Shown: one piece after another, positions 32,718-44,251 of the stretch
How the letters are laid out: each line of letters opens with the position of its first letter
Position numbering within the stretch: position 1 is the first letter of the stretch
DNA from: Vulcanimicrobiota bacterium
GTDB taxonomy: Bacteria; Vulcanimicrobiota; Xenobia; Xenobiales; JADMJV01
Assembly: GCA_050250895.1 (NCBI GenBank)
Contig: JBFWNU010000008.1
Coordinates: 160,001-224,000, forward strand
Length of the DNA: 64,000 nt
Direction of reading: 5' to 3'
Translations under genes and position numbers: made by a program
The notes under the pieces: model-generated
Told to the model about the DNA's origin: nothing
The model's database searches: none
What the model saw: only the letters and a program-made list of their open reading frames with translations

Positions 32718-33812
32718 CTATATTTGTTTGTCGAGGGCGACATCACCGACAAGAAGCCATTCCGGATGGTCTTCGACTCCCGGTCGGGCCGGCTCGGGAT
32801 CAAGTAGAGCCGCCAGGCCTCGCGGGTCGACCGCGGCCAGACCGTCGGCCCCGGGGACGAGCACCAGACCGCCGGGGCCTTCTATCGGTTGTTCGAGACG
32901 ATGGGGAAAGACCTCGCTCCACAGTTTGTGGCCCCGGTCGTCAAAGGCAAGCAGCTGCTTTCCGGCTCCTACCATCAGGGTGCCGTCGGCCAGCTGGTGG
33001 GCTCCGCCTTCGATGAAATCGCCACAGTCGGCCGAGAAGACAACCTTGCCATCGGGTTCAAGGGCGTAGAGATGGTGATCGAAGCTGGTCACGTAGATGC
33101 GCCCGTTGGCACCGGCCAGGGGCCGCCCGCGAATCTCGCCTTTGGCCCGAAAGACTTCGGAGCTTTCCCCTTTTGGGTCGAGTTTGAAGAGCCGTCCCTC
33201 GCTGTTGCCGGCCCAGATGTTCCCATCGGGACCGACCGTCAGGGGAGAATTGAGCCGCTCGGGGAGCTTGCGGGTCCAACTGTTGTCGCCATCGACCCGG
33301 ACCACTTCGTCAAAGACGGTGCGCAGGACGACTTCGCCGTGCGGCCCCAAGACCGGGACCCCCACCGAGCGATGAGGGAGAGGATGACTCTCCAGTTCTT
33401 CGCCGTCTTTAGACAACACCACCAGGCGAGAACCCTGCGGCCCATCGACGCCGACGTAGACCTGACCCTGGCCGTCGACAGCGGGTCGGATCGACAGCAT
33501 CTGTTGGTCCTCTCCCCAGCGAGAAATCTCGTGGCCGGCCGGGTCAAAGAACTGCAGACCTTTGCCTCCGGGCGCGTGCACGAAGCCCCCGTCAGGCAGA
33601 GCGGCCGGCTGAAAGGGGGTCCACTTGTCGAGCTTCTGGCGAAATACGGCCTGGCCGTGCCGATCGAACTTGTAGCGCGTCCGACCGTCGCAGACCAGGT
33701 TGACCTGATCGACCGGCGCCTCGATGTTCGGGCGGCCGTCGGTTTCGACTTGCCATACGCGATAGCGACCTGCACGTTCCAGCAACCGATGAGCAGAGGT
33801 GGCGGGAATCAT
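32718..33812 (-). CDS. PQQ-like beta-propeller repeat protein
   Basis: Repeated P.v.pDG.iyvg...lyal motifs, e.g. [13 protein letters not shown] and [15 protein letters not shown]. Confidence 0.8.
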   Translation of the reverse strand: MIPATSAHRLLERAGRYRVWQVETDGRPNIEAPVDQVNLVCDGRTRYKFDRHGQAVFRQKLDKWTPFQPAALPDGGFVHAPGGKGLQFFDPAGHEISRWGEDQQMLSIRPAVDGQGQVYVGVDGPQGSRLVVLSKDGEELESHPLPHRSVGVPVLGPHGEVVLRTVFDEVVRVDGDNSWTRKLPERLNSPLTVGPDGNIWAGNSEGRLFKLDPKGESSEVFRAKGEIRGRPLAGANGRIYVTSFDHHLYALEPDGKVVFSADCGDFIEGGAHQLADGTLMVGAGKQLLAFDDRGHKLWSEVFPHRLEQPIEGPGGLVLVPGADGLAAVDPRGLAALLDPEPARPGVEDHPEWLLVGDVALDKQI

Positions 33813-33855
33813 CCGCCTAGACTGTAGCCGGTTGGTCTGAAAGAACCCTTACTGG

Positions 33856-34243
33856 CTAGACCACTGGGATCACGTTGATGATGACCATAGCCTGGGCACT
33901 TCCCGCCGAGGTCGTCAGTTGATAGGTGAAGCTATCCGTTCCAACAAAGTCCGCATCGGGGAGATAGATGAACGAACCGTCGGCGTTGAGCGTGAGGCTC
34001 CCGTGAGGCGGTGACTCGACCAAGCTCGCCGTGCCTGGAGGTGAGAAGATATCGTTGGCCAGAATTCCGGTCGCTGCCGAGATGACCAGGATCGTATCTT
34101 CGTCTGTTTGGTAGCTGTCGTCGAAAGCGGTTAGCGGCGGCTTCATCGTTCAAGTGGTGAGCCACCTTGGCGAGGGGGTCAAAGACGATCAGTTCTTCCC
34201 CGACCTCGGAAAAAAGAAGGTCATTTCTGACGACGGGACTCAC
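33856..34243 (-). pseudogene. PqqD-like N-terminal fragment out of frame with an Ig-like (Big_9/cadherin-like) domain
   Basis: One frame reads VRNDLLFSEVGEELIVFDPLAKVAHHLN and then loses similarity. Another frame (33856-34146) reads AFDDSYQTDEDT...GILAND...HGSLTLNADGSFIY..DFVGTDSFTY. Confidence 0.55.
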
Positions 34244-34373
34244 TGCCTGTTACTGCTTCCTGACCGGGCGCTGCGATTTCGGGCCTTCGGCGCCAATCAC
34301 GCTCGAGTATAGTCAGAACTTGTGTAGGGTTTTGCCTCGAATGTATCAGTTCTGTGTCTATTGGTTGGAACTC

Positions 34374-34898
34374 TCAGCGCGCCGACGGCGGGCTGACGGA
34401 GTCGGAGGTGGGCGTCTCGCCGGCTGGCTCGAAGGTCAGGGCTGCTGAGTTGATGCAGTAGCGCAGGCCGGTGGGTTTAGGCCCATCGGTGAAGACGTGA
34501 CCCAGGTGGCCGCCGCAACGACTACAGTGCACCTCTACCCGGGGAATCATCAGGCTGTAGTCGTGGGTGCGGCCCACCGCCCCAGGGGTGGCAGGCGCCC
34601 AGAATGACGGCCAGCCAGTGCCCGAGTGAAATTTTTCTTTGGAGGTAAACAGTTCCTGGTGGCAGCCGGCGCAGTAATACCGGCCGGCCTCTTTCTTGTC
34701 ATAAAGGCTTCCGGTGAAAGCTCGCTCGGTGGCGTGCTTGCGCAACACCCGAAATTGCATCGGTTCTAGCCTGGCCTTCCACTCGGCCTCGCTCATGCTG
34801 ACAGCAAACTTCTCGCCGGTGGCTACCGGTCGATGGAAGTAGCGCCACAGGGCAAAGCTCGTGACCACCAGCAAGAACGACAGCATCGCGTATTTCAT
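34374..34898 (-). CDS. msrB: Peptide-methionine (R)-S-oxide reductase with an N-terminal signal/anchor
   Basis: TERAFTG, CAGC, SGTGWPSF, CGGHLGHVF.DGP and RYCINS motifs. Confidence 0.95.
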   Translation of the reverse strand: MKYAMLSFLLVVTSFALWRYFHRPVATGEKFAVSMSEAEWKARLEPMQFRVLRKHATERAFTGSLYDKKEAGRYYCAGCHQELFTSKEKFHSGTGWPSFWAPATPGAVGRTHDYSLMIPRVEVHCSRCGGHLGHVFTDGPKPTGLRYCINSAALTFEPAGETPTSDSVSPPSAR

Positions 34899-35013
34899 CG
34901 GCAACCTCCAACGGGCTGCAACCGGTCACGGCCAGATTCGGTTCCAACCGCGACGCCCGCGTCAAGGGTGGTGGGCCGGACGGGCCCGAAAACTTCCGCT
35001 GCGGTGGGCGCCC

Positions 35014-35880
35014 TTATCCGAAGGCCAGGACCACCACGGTAAGGTCGTCGCGGCGTCTGGGCGTGAACGCCTCGACCTCGGCCAGCAAGCGCTCGGCCAG
35101 GTCGCCGGCACCCAGGCGTGCGTGGCGGCGGAGCGTCCGGGCCAGGCGCTCTTCGCCGAAGAACTCGCGCTGCAGGTTGCGAGCTTCGGTGAGGCCGTCG
35201 GTGTAGAAGATGACGCGATCACCGGGCTGCAGTTGAATCTCGACCTCGTGGAAGCAGGCCTCGTCGTAGAGGCCCAACGGCAGGGCGGCCGGGCAGAGCA
35301 ATTCGTAGACCCGGTCGGCCCGCCAGAGTAGGGGCGGGGCGTGGCCGGCGGTGCTCAGTTCGAGGCGACCCGAGCGGGGGTCGAGATGGGCGCATACGGC
35401 GGTGGTGAAGAGCCCGCGGTAGTCCCGGCCGTGCAAGCGCTGGTTGGTGCTGCTCAGCACCTGCTCGGGCGACTCTCCCCCGCTGACGGCGGCGTTGAGC
35501 AGTGTGCGGCAGCAGGCCTGATAGAGGGCGGCGGGGATGCCTTTGCCGGCGACATCGCCCAACAGGATGGTGACCCCCCCCGAATGCTCGATCAGGTCGA
35601 AGAAGTCGCCGTTGAGTTCGTGGCAAGCCCGGGTGCGCCCCTGGATTTCGAAGGTCTGGCCGGCCAGCCACTCGACCTGGCCGGCGGTCTGGAGTTCGCA
35701 GGCGCGGTTTAATTCGTGCTGGATCCGCTCCTCTTCGGCGTGGCTCGAGAGAACGGGATGAAGCACCACCGCTCCGGCCAGCACCACCAGGCTGGTGGCT
35801 ACCGGTCCCAGGCTCCACCAGGCGGCGGCCACCAGGGCCAGGCTGATGAGGTGTAAGTGTCGTCGTTGGACTGCAGTCAT
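35014..35880 (-). CDS. PP2C/SpoIIE-family serine phosphatase with N-terminal TM helices
   Basis: GDFFD, GDVAGKGIPAAL, AGHAPP, YTDGLTEA and DDLT motifs. Confidence 0.9.
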   Translation of the reverse strand: MTAVQRRHLHLISLALVAAAWWSLGPVATSLVVLAGAVVLHPVLSSHAEEERIQHELNRACELQTAGQVEWLAGQTFEIQGRTRACHELNGDFFDLIEHSGGVTILLGDVAGKGIPAALYQACCRTLLNAAVSGGESPEQVLSSTNQRLHGRDYRGLFTTAVCAHLDPRSGRLELSTAGHAPPLLWRADRVYELLCPAALPLGLYDEACFHEVEIQLQPGDRVIFYTDGLTEARNLQREFFGEERLARTLRRHARLGAGDLAERLLAEVEAFTPRRRDDLTVVVLAFG

Positions 35881-36056
35881 GTTGCCCCTCCGCCAACAGC
35901 ATAACTTGTGGGCGTATCACGACTTTGTCTGTTTGTATCAGATCTTGCCTGAGCTGTCGAGAACTTGCTGGAACTGGCTCTGGAAACTCGACGGGTTGCT
36001 GCCCGGGGGTCCCTACCGTGGCAGGGCCGGTGTGCCCGGAAACAGAAGCCCGCAAA

Positions 36057-37802
36057 ATGGTCCGTTTGCTGATCAAGGCCAGTTTGGCCGGCTTCACGGG
36101 AGCCACTCTCGGTGGCCTCATGGCTGGCCTGATTTCGATCGCTCGCAGCAGCGGCCTGGGTTACGCTACCCAGGTCGGTCTGGCTAGCCTGCTGGTCATG
36201 GTCCTGATGATCGGCCTGGTGAACACGGTGTCGGGTCTGGTGACCCGCTCTTCCAAGAGTGCCACCCTGGCCGGACTGGTCGTGGGCGGGTTCGCCCTGA
36301 TGCTCTGGTATCCCAGTCAAGGGGCCGAGTTGGCGAGCCTGGGTCTGGGCGCGGTGGGCGGGGCGGCGCTGATCAATCTGCTGGTGTTCTTGCGCATGCC
36401 CAAGGGCAGCCAGACCGGGCGGGCCAAACTGGTTCGCATGACCCTGGCTGCGGCCCGCGAGATCGCCTCTAAAGGAACCGCGTCCGATGCCGCTCTGGCT
36501 TATACCGAGGCCTTTAAACTGGCCGAGGCCACCCTGGGGGCCGGTCACCCGGATACCCTCGAAGCGGTGCTGGGTCTGGCTGAGGCCCGCCTGCGAGCCG
36601 GGGCCCACGATCAGGTTTTGACTCTTCTAACCGAGGTTCGCCAGCCGGTCGAGGAGATGTTCGGGCCCGAGTCGGCCGAATTGGCCCGGGTGCTCGAAGG
36701 TCTGGCCCTGGCCGGGGGGGTCGATGGCGACGCCCTGGAGCGGGCGGTGGCTATCCGCCGCCAGTTGGACCCGCCGCTAGGCCTGGCCGAGACCTTGACC
36801 AGCCTGGGCAAGTGGCGCGTGCAGGCCGGTCAGAGCGAAGCCGGGCTCGAGGCCCTCGACGAGGCCTGCCAATTGGAGGAAGCGCCGGCCCTCTGCTGGC
36901 TTGAGTATGGCCGAGCCCTGGCCAGCAGCGGCCGTCGCGAACAAGCGGTCGAGGCGCTGGGACAGGTCCATCGAGCCCCGCAGCGCAGTGACCGCCTGCG
37001 GGCGAGCGCTTATCTCGCCCTGGCCGAGGTCGAGACCGAGAAGGCCACGGGTCACTACCTCAAAGCGCTCAAGCTGCTGCAGTTCGGCGACGCCGAGTTC
37101 GAGGCCGCCTTCTTTGGCCACGCCACCGTGGCCAAGGGCGACGCGTTGGGTAGGTTCTTGCAGGCCGCCGCCTCGGGCCAGGCCCTGGTCGAGGCCATCG
37201 AGGCCTGCCCTGAGGGCCCGGCCTATCAGGGTCCCGAGGGCTGGTCGGCGCTTCACTGGGCCGCCGCCCGCGGCGATCTCGAGCAGGTCGAGCTGTTGCT
37301 CGAGCATGGCGCCGTGCCGCGCGATGGACGAGCTTCTCCGCTGCACCTGGCCTGTGCCTCTGGCCATCGAGAGGTGGCCGCCCGGCTGCTCGAGGCCGGG
37401 GCCGAACTCGACACGCGCGATAGCTATCATCTGCGGTCACCACTCTTTTTTGCCACCATGGGTGGCGACGTCGAGTTGATTCGCTTGCTGGCCGAACAGG
37501 GGGCCGAAGTCGACACCGAGGATGGCTTCGGACAGCGCCCTTTGCATTATGCCTCGTTTAGCGGCAACACCGAGGTGGTCCGGGCTCTGGCCGAGTTGGG
37601 GGCCGATCTCGACGCGGCCGACCGAGAGACCGGCCAGACGGCTCTGCACGTGGCCGTAGCCCGCAACCGGGTGGGCTGCGTCAAGGCTTTGCTCGAACTC
37701 GGAGCCGACCCCTCGCGGCGCGAACGACTGGCCGGTTGGACGGCCCGCGATCTGGCCCTGCAGACGGGCAAGTCGGCTCTGGCGGGGCTTTTTCCTGAGT
37801 GA
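36057..37802 (+). CDS. Membrane protein with TPR and ankyrin repeats
   Basis: Four TM segments, a kinesin-light-chain-type TPR (LGAGHPDTL) and ankyrin motifs GWSALHWAA, SPLHLAC, GQRPLHYA and GQTALHVA. Confidence 0.82.
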   Translation: MVRLLIKASLAGFTGATLGGLMAGLISIARSSGLGYATQVGLASLLVMVLMIGLVNTVSGLVTRSSKSATLAGLVVGGFALMLWYPSQGAELASLGLGAVGGAALINLLVFLRMPKGSQTGRAKLVRMTLAAAREIASKGTASDAALAYTEAFKLAEATLGAGHPDTLEAVLGLAEARLRAGAHDQVLTLLTEVRQPVEEMFGPESAELARVLEGLALAGGVDGDALERAVAIRRQLDPPLGLAETLTSLGKWRVQAGQSEAGLEALDEACQLEEAPALCWLEYGRALASSGRREQAVEALGQVHRAPQRSDRLRASAYLALAEVETEKATGHYLKALKLLQFGDAEFEAAFFGHATVAKGDALGRFLQAAASGQALVEAIEACPEGPAYQGPEGWSALHWAAARGDLEQVELLLEHGAVPRDGRASPLHLACASGHREVAARLLEAGAELDTRDSYHLRSPLFFATMGGDVELIRLLAEQGAEVDTEDGFGQRPLHYASFSGNTEVVRALAELGADLDAADRETGQTALHVAVARNRVGCVKALLELGADPSRRERLAGWTARDLALQTGKSALAGLFPE

Positions 37803-39601
37803 TCACGACCAGCGAATTGAAGAGGACCCTGCGGGAGGTCTTCGGGTTCGAGAATTTCCGCGGTCTGCAGGCCGACGTCATCGAGCACGTACTGGGTGGG
37901 GGAGACTGTCTGGTGCTGATGCCCACCGGCGGTGGCAAGTCGTTGTGTTACCAGTTGCCTTCCATCGCCGCACCGGGGACCGGGGTGGTCATCTCGCCTT
38001 TGATCGCGCTGATGGACGATCAGGTGGGCTCGCTGGTGCAGATGGGCGTGCGCGTGGCCTGCCTGCACTCGGGGCTTGAGTGGGAAGAGCAGAAGGGCAT
38101 CGAGCAGGCCCTGCGCCAGGGTCGCCTGGACCTGATCTACGTCTCGCCCGAGCGGGCCCTTAGCCCGCGTTTTGGCGAGCTTCTGGCAGCCTGCCGCCTG
38201 GCTCTTTTCGCCATCGACGAGGCTCACTGTGTCTCGCAGTGGGGCCACGACTTCCGGCCCGAGTATCTGCAGCTTCGCGAGTTGTGCGACCGGTTTCCTG
38301 ACACGCCTCGGCTGGCCTTGACGGCTACGGCCGACGCCCCCACCCGCGGCGACATTCTCGAGCGCCTGGGATTGCGCCGGCCAGCTCAGTTCGTGGCCGG
38401 TTTCGATCGGCCCAATATCTTCTATCAGGCCGTGGTCAAGTCTTCGGCGATGCAGCAGTTGACCAGCTTTCTCAAGCGCGAGCACGCGGGCGACTCGGGC
38501 ATCGTCTATGCCCAGACCCGGACCCGCGTCGACAAGGCGGCCAATCGCCTGCGCGAGCTGGGTTTCGAAGCTTTGCCATATCACGCTGGCATGGACAACC
38601 AGCAACGCCAACACAATCAGCAGCGGTTCTTGCGCGAAGAAGGACTGATCGTGGTGGCCACGGTGGCTTTCGGAATGGGCATCGACAAGTCCAACGTGCG
38701 TTTCGTTTGCCACCTGGACATGCCCAAGAGTCTAGAGGGTTATTATCAAGAGACGGGGCGAGCCGGACGCGACGGCCTGGCGGCTAACGCCTGGATGGGC
38801 TACGGCTTGGCCGACGTCATCGGCATGCGCCAGCTGTTGGCCACCTCGAACGCTCAAGAGCGCCAGCGTCGCATCGAGCGTCACAAGCTCGACGCCATGC
38901 TGGGGTATTGCGAGACCACGGCCTGCCGCCGTCGGGTGCTGTTGAGCTATTTCGGAGAAGACCCTCCCGAGAACTGCGGGGCCTGTGACAACTGTCTCGA
39001 TCCCCCGGCCACTTTCGATGCCACCGAGGTGTCCCAGAAGCTCTTATCGTGCGTTTATCGCACTGGTCAACGTTTCGGAGCGCGCTATTTGGTGGATGTG
39101 CTGATGGGCAAGTCCGACGAACGGATGGAGAGCTATGGCCACCACAAGTTGACCACCTTCGGCATCGGCAAGGAGTTGGGGACGGCCCAATGGATGTCGG
39201 TGATCCGGCAACTGGTGGCGGCCGGTTTTCTCAGCGTCGACATCGAAGGTTTCGGTGGCCTGGTTCTCACCCCCCGGGCCCGGCCGGTGCTCAAGGGGGA
39301 AGAAACGATCCGCCTGCGGCGCGACCCCGAGAGCAAGAAGACGCGCGGGCCAAGAACCAGTTTCGAAGGCCCGGTGGATTCCGAACTGTGGAGCGCCCTG
39401 CGCCAGAAGAGGCTCGAGTTGGCCCGGGCTCAGGGCGTGCCGCCCTATCTCATTTTTCACGACAGCACTCTGCACGCTATGGTGGTCGAGCGCCCTCGTG
39501 ACTTGCGTTCGTTTGCGGGCCTGCCGGGGGTGGGCAGCAAGAAGCTCGATAGCTACGGTCAGGCTTTTCTGTCGGTGCTCGAGGCCCACACGCCGGGCTA
39601 G
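37799..39601 (+). CDS. recQ: ATP-dependent DNA helicase RecQ
   Basis: [44 protein letters not shown] cysteines and HRDC domain. Confidence 0.97.
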   Translation: MITTSELKRTLREVFGFENFRGLQADVIEHVLGGGDCLVLMPTGGGKSLCYQLPSIAAPGTGVVISPLIALMDDQVGSLVQMGVRVACLHSGLEWEEQKGIEQALRQGRLDLIYVSPERALSPRFGELLAACRLALFAIDEAHCVSQWGHDFRPEYLQLRELCDRFPDTPRLALTATADAPTRGDILERLGLRRPAQFVAGFDRPNIFYQAVVKSSAMQQLTSFLKREHAGDSGIVYAQTRTRVDKAANRLRELGFEALPYHAGMDNQQRQHNQQRFLREEGLIVVATVAFGMGIDKSNVRFVCHLDMPKSLEGYYQETGRAGRDGLAANAWMGYGLADVIGMRQLLATSNAQERQRRIERHKLDAMLGYCETTACRRRVLLSYFGEDPPENCGACDNCLDPPATFDATEVSQKLLSCVYRTGQRFGARYLVDVLMGKSDERMESYGHHKLTTFGIGKELGTAQWMSVIRQLVAAGFLSVDIEGFGGLVLTPRARPVLKGEETIRLRRDPESKKTRGPRTSFEGPVDSELWSALRQKRLELARAQGVPPYLIFHDSTLHAMVVERPRDLRSFAGLPGVGSKKLDSYGQAFLSVLEAHTPG

Positions 39602-42483
39602 GACGGTTGAGAAGCCAACAGCTGCTCGAGTTCGGCCCGGGCGGCCGCGGTGGCCTCGGAGTGGGGCTCGGTCTGCTCTAGCAGGCGCAAGCGTTTTTCG
39701 AGCAGTAGCCGATAGTACCAGCCTTCGCCGGCGCGAGCCAGGGCCAGGGCCTGGTCGAGCACGGCCAGCGCCTCGGGGTAGGCGGCATGGCTGGTCTGAA
39801 TGTCGGCCAGGATCGAGAGGAAATAGGTGTGGCCAAGCTGGGCTCCGGTGGCCTGAATCTGCTCGAGCGCTTTGAGACTTTGGGCCGAATCGCTGCGGGC
39901 CAGCGCTTGCATGAGGTGACCCATCCCGAGCCACAGAGGAAGCTCGTGTTCGGCCGCCACCTCGACCAACCGCTCGCCCGTCTGCCGAGCCGGAGCGTCG
40001 TAGCCTAAGTGCAGCTGCAGCCAGGCCTCGAAGAAGAGGCTGTGGGCGATGGTGTGAGCGTGGCCTAGCTCGTCGGCCAAGAGAGCCGCCCTGCGATTGG
40101 TCTCTTGAGCCTTCTCGACCGCCCCCAGAAACCACTGAGTCCAGGACAGATAAGACAGACTGGCGGCCACCGGATGGGTGCCCAGATAGGCGATGCCCAG
40201 TTCGCGATGTTGGTCCGGCTCGAACAGCTCGATGGCTTCTTCCAAAAGTTTGGCCGCTCGCCGATAGTGGCCCCGATAGAAGGCGGTCTGGCCGGCGGTG
40301 GCCCGCGCCACCAGACGCTCGGTGGCCCCGCCCTGGGCGGCCAGGTTGGTCAAAGCGGCCACCAGCTGATCGGCTTCATCCAGCCGGCCCCGCACCAGGT
40401 GATAGGCCCACAGACCGGCCAGAGCGGGAAACAGGGGAGGAGGGTCGCCGAGCTGGGCGCACAGCTCGCGCACCCGGTCGAACGCTTTCTCTACCCGGGC
40501 GTGGGCGTAGCCGCGGCAGGCAATGACGGCGCTGCCGAGGCCCAGTTGAAGTTCGATCTCGGTGGCCGGCTGGCCCTCGGGCAGCAACCGAATGGCCTGA
40601 TCCAGCAAAGACTCGGCCTCGCGATTGGCCGAGGCTCGCAAGGCGCGCTGGCCAGCCTGAGCCAGATAAGGCACGGCTCGTTCTGGCTGGTCGCTAGCGG
40701 CATAGTGAAAGCCCACCAGTTCGGGGCGTCGATTGGCCAGTTCAGAAAAGAGCTGATCGAGCACTTCGGCGACCCGCAGATGGATGGCCTGACGGGACTT
40801 CTTGAGCAGGGTCTGATAGGCGATCTCCTGGACCAGGGCCTGGCGGAAGAAATAGTCTTCACGGCGAGCCTGCTCGAGCAGGGCGTCGGCCACGCAAGCC
40901 TCAAGTCCCGCTTGCACGCGCTCGGGTTGGTCGGGGTCGAGCGCCAGCAACAACGACTGGTGGAAAGTGCGGCCGATGGTGGCTCCTTTCTGGGCCACTT
41001 CCTTGTGCTCTCCCAGCCCGTCCAGGCGAGCCATGATCAGGTCGCGCAGGCGGGCCGGGGTCTCGTCTGAACGCAGGCGTGCCAGTTCGATGGCATAGAG
41101 CGGGTTGCCGTCGGCCCGCTGGACGACCTTCTGCAACCTGGTCTGGTCGAGTTCGGGGCCGCTGGCCAGTTGGGCCAACCTGGCCACCGTGGCGTCCTCG
41201 AGGGCGTCAAGTTCGATGGCCTGGCCAAGGTCGCTCTCGAGCGGGCGGCGACTCACCACCAGCAAGAGAATTGGCACCTCTTCGAGCTGAACGCTCAGTC
41301 GCACCAGACAGTCCTGGGTAGAGGGATCGGCCCAGTCGGCGTCTTCTAGCACCAACAGCAGCGGCCGTTGGCGAGCCATCGAGCACCAGAGGGTGTGGAG
41401 GGCTTCGATGGTGCGTCGGCGCGAACGCCCCCCGGGGAGAGTCTGCACGTGACCGGTCAAGGCGAGCAGTTCCTCCTCGAGGCCGGCTTTAAAGACAGAC
41501 GGCGCCTTCGCCTCGAGAGCAGCCTTGAGGTCGGTCGCCGGGTTGAAGCGAAACTCGCGAGCCAGTTGGTCTTTGATGGGAAAGAACGCGCTCTCCTGGC
41601 TGTCGGGGTGACAGTAGAGCGAGACCAGATAGTGTCCGTCTTCGACCACCTGATCCTTGAGCCATTGGACCAACCGGGACTTGCCGATACCCGCCTCACC
41701 CCGCAGGCAAAGGGCCAGACCGCGGCCGCCGGCTGCCTGGGACCAGGCGGCCGCTAACCGGGACTGGGCGGCCTCGCGGCCCAGCAAGGGCAGCTGACTT
41801 CGTTGTTGGCGGGCCTGACGACGGCTTGAACTGGGATCGAGCAACTCCTGGGCCAGAAAGACCTCGGTCGGGCCGGCTACACCTTTGAGATGCTGGGGGC
41901 CCAGGGACGGGCAGCGCACCCAATCACGCACCAGCTCGTGAGTCGCCTGGCTGAGGGCCACCTGGTCAGGCTCGGCCAGACCCTGAATGCGGGCCGCCAC
42001 ATTGGGCGTCTCGCCCAGCGCCAGGTGCTCGCGGTGATCGCCGGCCCCCACTTCGCCGATGACCACCATGCCGGTGTGAATACCAGAACGAACCTGGACC
42101 GGAAAGGGTAGGGCCGAGTTCAGCTCTTGCAGGCCGTCGCGAATACCCAGCGCGCTGCGCACGGCCCGGAGTGGACCGTCTTCGAGGGCGGCGGGATAAC
42201 CGAAATAGGCTAGAATGCCGTCACCCAGGTACTGGGCGATGTGGCCTCGATTGCCCTCGATCTCGCGAGCGCACAGGGCCTGATAGGCGGTCAACACCTC
42301 ACGCAGCTCTTCGGGATCAAGCTCTGACGAGAGCTGGGTCGAGCCCACCAGATCGCAAAACAAGACCGTCAACTGACGGCGCTCGGCTTCCGGGCGCGGG
42401 GGAGCCGCTACCAGCGGCTGGCCGCATTGGCCGCAGAACTTGAAACCGTCGGGGCTCTCGAAGCCACAGCCTGAACACTTCAT
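39598..42483 (-). CDS. Class III adenylate/guanylate cyclase with zinc ribbon, AAA ATPase and TPR domains
   Basis: [36 protein letters not shown], Walker A GEAGIGKS and LEDADWAD. Confidence 0.9.
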   Translation of the reverse strand: MKCSGCGFESPDGFKFCGQCGQPLVAAPPRPEAERRQLTVLFCDLVGSTQLSSELDPEELREVLTAYQALCAREIEGNRGHIAQYLGDGILAYFGYPAALEDGPLRAVRSALGIRDGLQELNSALPFPVQVRSGIHTGMVVIGEVGAGDHREHLALGETPNVAARIQGLAEPDQVALSQATHELVRDWVRCPSLGPQHLKGVAGPTEVFLAQELLDPSSSRRQARQQRSQLPLLGREAAQSRLAAAWSQAAGGRGLALCLRGEAGIGKSRLVQWLKDQVVEDGHYLVSLYCHPDSQESAFFPIKDQLAREFRFNPATDLKAALEAKAPSVFKAGLEEELLALTGHVQTLPGGRSRRRTIEALHTLWCSMARQRPLLLVLEDADWADPSTQDCLVRLSVQLEEVPILLLVVSRRPLESDLGQAIELDALEDATVARLAQLASGPELDQTRLQKVVQRADGNPLYAIELARLRSDETPARLRDLIMARLDGLGEHKEVAQKGATIGRTFHQSLLLALDPDQPERVQAGLEACVADALLEQARREDYFFRQALVQEIAYQTLLKKSRQAIHLRVAEVLDQLFSELANRRPELVGFHYAASDQPERAVPYLAQAGQRALRASANREAESLLDQAIRLLPEGQPATEIELQLGLGSAVIACRGYAHARVEKAFDRVRELCAQLGDPPPLFPALAGLWAYHLVRGRLDEADQLVAALTNLAAQGGATERLVARATAGQTAFYRGHYRRAAKLLEEAIELFEPDQHRELGIAYLGTHPVAASLSYLSWTQWFLGAVEKAQETNRRAALLADELGHAHTIAHSLFFEAWLQLHLGYDAPARQTGERLVEVAAEHELPLWLGMGHLMQALARSDSAQSLKALEQIQATGAQLGHTYFLSILADIQTSHAAYPEALAVLDQALALARAGEGWYYRLLLEKRLRLLEQTEPHSEATAAARAELEQLLASQPS

Positions 42484-43001
42484 TGGGGACGGGATTTCTC
42501 GCGCCGCAGGCAGCCCAGCAATTCGCGGGCCAGCGTCTCGGCGAAGCTATAGGGAAACACCAGGGTGCGGTCTTCCGGAACGCGATAGACCTGATCGCCC
42601 TCGAGCCAGATCATGATCATACCCATGTTGTCTTCATCTTGATAGACGCTCTCGCGACGTTTGGGCTCGACCTTGCGAATGGCCTTGACGAAGAACTCCC
42701 GGCGATGGCCCGGCCGCTCGTCGATGTGAACCTTGCCGCCCTCGACCGTGACCCGCGTGAAGCCTTTGCGATTCATTCCAAACAAGAACAGCAGGGCCAG
42801 GCAGAGGAAAAATGCGCCCACCGTGCCCGCCACCAGGTACTCGGGCGGGCCGGCCAGCTTGAGGGCCGTGGCCACCATGGCCGGACAGCCCACCAGCAAC
42901 ACCAGCGGCTTGCCGCTCATCAGATTGAATGGCAAGGCGTATTCGACTTCGAAGCGGTCAGGACTCACTGCTTGCGAATTTCGATTCTGGGCCGACTTCA
43001 C
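42480..43001 (-). CDS. Hypothetical membrane protein (two TM helices)
   Basis: ATGA overlap with the cyclase start. Hydrophobic hairpin. Confidence 0.6.
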   Translation of the reverse strand: MKSAQNRNSQAVSPDRFEVEYALPFNLMSGKPLVLLVGCPAMVATALKLAGPPEYLVAGTVGAFFLCLALLFLFGMNRKGFTRVTVEGGKVHIDERPGHRREFFVKAIRKVEPKRRESVYQDEDNMGMIMIWLEGDQVYRVPEDRTLVFPYSFAETLARELLGCLRREKSRPQ

Positions 43002-43050
43002 CTACCGGTCGCCAGGGGGACCAGGACCCGGGTGTGGCGTAAGCGCCCCC

Positions 43051-44214
43051 ATGCTAGAATTGGGCGATCGCAGTTTGTTTCCTCACCTCGAGGCGCGAGC
43101 CTATCTCGGTCACTGTGCCATCTCGCCCTGGTCGACGGTGGTGGTCGAGGCGCTCGAGCGAGCCAGCCACGAGTGGGCCCGCCACGGTGTGCATGCCTTT
43201 TTGGCTCAAAAGGCCGACCGCGACGCTCTGCGATTAGATTTGGCTCGCCTGGTGGGGGCCGAGCCTGACGAGATCGTGCTGCTGCCCAACGTGACCTCGG
43301 CCGCGGTGGCCGTGGCCCATTGCTTCGATTGGCGCCAGCGCGACCGGATACTGTTGTGGCGGGGCGAGTTTCCCACCAACGTCACTCCCTGGCAGGCGGC
43401 CGCGGCCCACTTTGAGCTCGAGCTGGCCTGGCTCGATACCGACCTGTTTCTCGACCACCCCGAGGCCGGGCTCGCCGCCTTCGAGGCCGAGCTAAAGCGC
43501 GGGCTTCGGCTGGCGGCGGTCAGTCTGGTCGAGTTTCAGACGGGCTTGCGGATGCCGGTCGAACGGCTGGCTCGACTGGCTGGCCAATACGGCTGTCGTC
43601 TGTTCGTCGACGGTATCCAGGCGGCTGGAGCCATGCCCATCGATTGTCTGGGCTGGGGGGTCGACTTTCTGGCCGTGGGCAGCCACAAGTGGTTGATGGC
43701 TCCTGACGGGGCCGGCTTTCTCAGGGTGGCCCGCTCGGCCTGGGGCGATCTGGTTCCCCGCCTGGCCGGTTGGCTCAGCCACACCGATGCCCTGGACTTT
43801 CTGTTCCTGGGCGAGGGTCATTTGCGTTATGACCGTCCCTTCAAAAAGGACCCCACCTTTCTCGAGTCGGGCAGCCTCAACAGTCTGGGCTATGCCGGTC
43901 TGAAGGCTTCCGTCGGGCTTTTGCTCGAGCTCGGGCCGGCCGCCATTTTCGACCACATTCAAGCCTATCTCGACCCGCTCGAGGCCGGTCTGGTCGAACT
44001 GGGATTCACCAGCCTTCGTCGTGGCCACGGACGCTCGGGCATTCTGGCTCTGCAACCCCCGGCCGGACATCAGGCCAGCGAACTGGTGGCCGGACTAAAA
44101 GAGCACGGGGTCATTGCCAGCCACCCGGACGGGCTCTTGCGGCTGGGGCCGCATTGGCCCAACCCTCACCCCGAGGTAGAGTTAGTTCTTTCGGCCGTGC
44201 GCCAGTGTCTTTAG
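43051..44214 (+). CDS. Class V PLP-dependent aminotransferase (cysteine desulfurase-like)
   Basis: EFPTN, FVDGIQAAG and GSHKWLMAPDGAG (PLP lysine) motifs. Confidence 0.88.
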   Translation: MLELGDRSLFPHLEARAYLGHCAISPWSTVVVEALERASHEWARHGVHAFLAQKADRDALRLDLARLVGAEPDEIVLLPNVTSAAVAVAHCFDWRQRDRILLWRGEFPTNVTPWQAAAAHFELELAWLDTDLFLDHPEAGLAAFEAELKRGLRLAAVSLVEFQTGLRMPVERLARLAGQYGCRLFVDGIQAAGAMPIDCLGWGVDFLAVGSHKWLMAPDGAGFLRVARSAWGDLVPRLAGWLSHTDALDFLFLGEGHLRYDRPFKKDPTFLESGSLNSLGYAGLKASVGLLLELGPAAIFDHIQAYLDPLEAGLVELGFTSLRRGHGRSGILALQPPAGHQASELVAGLKEHGVIASHPDGLLRLGPHWPNPHPEVELVLSAVRQCL

Positions 44215-44251
44215 CCGAAGGACGCTTTCCAGACGAGCAGAAACTTCGCAG

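Noticed and set aside
32530-32720. Canonical glycine riboswitch before gcvP
   Set aside because: I did not find the conserved aptamer motifs in the expected arrangement. The region is reported as an unknown structure instead.
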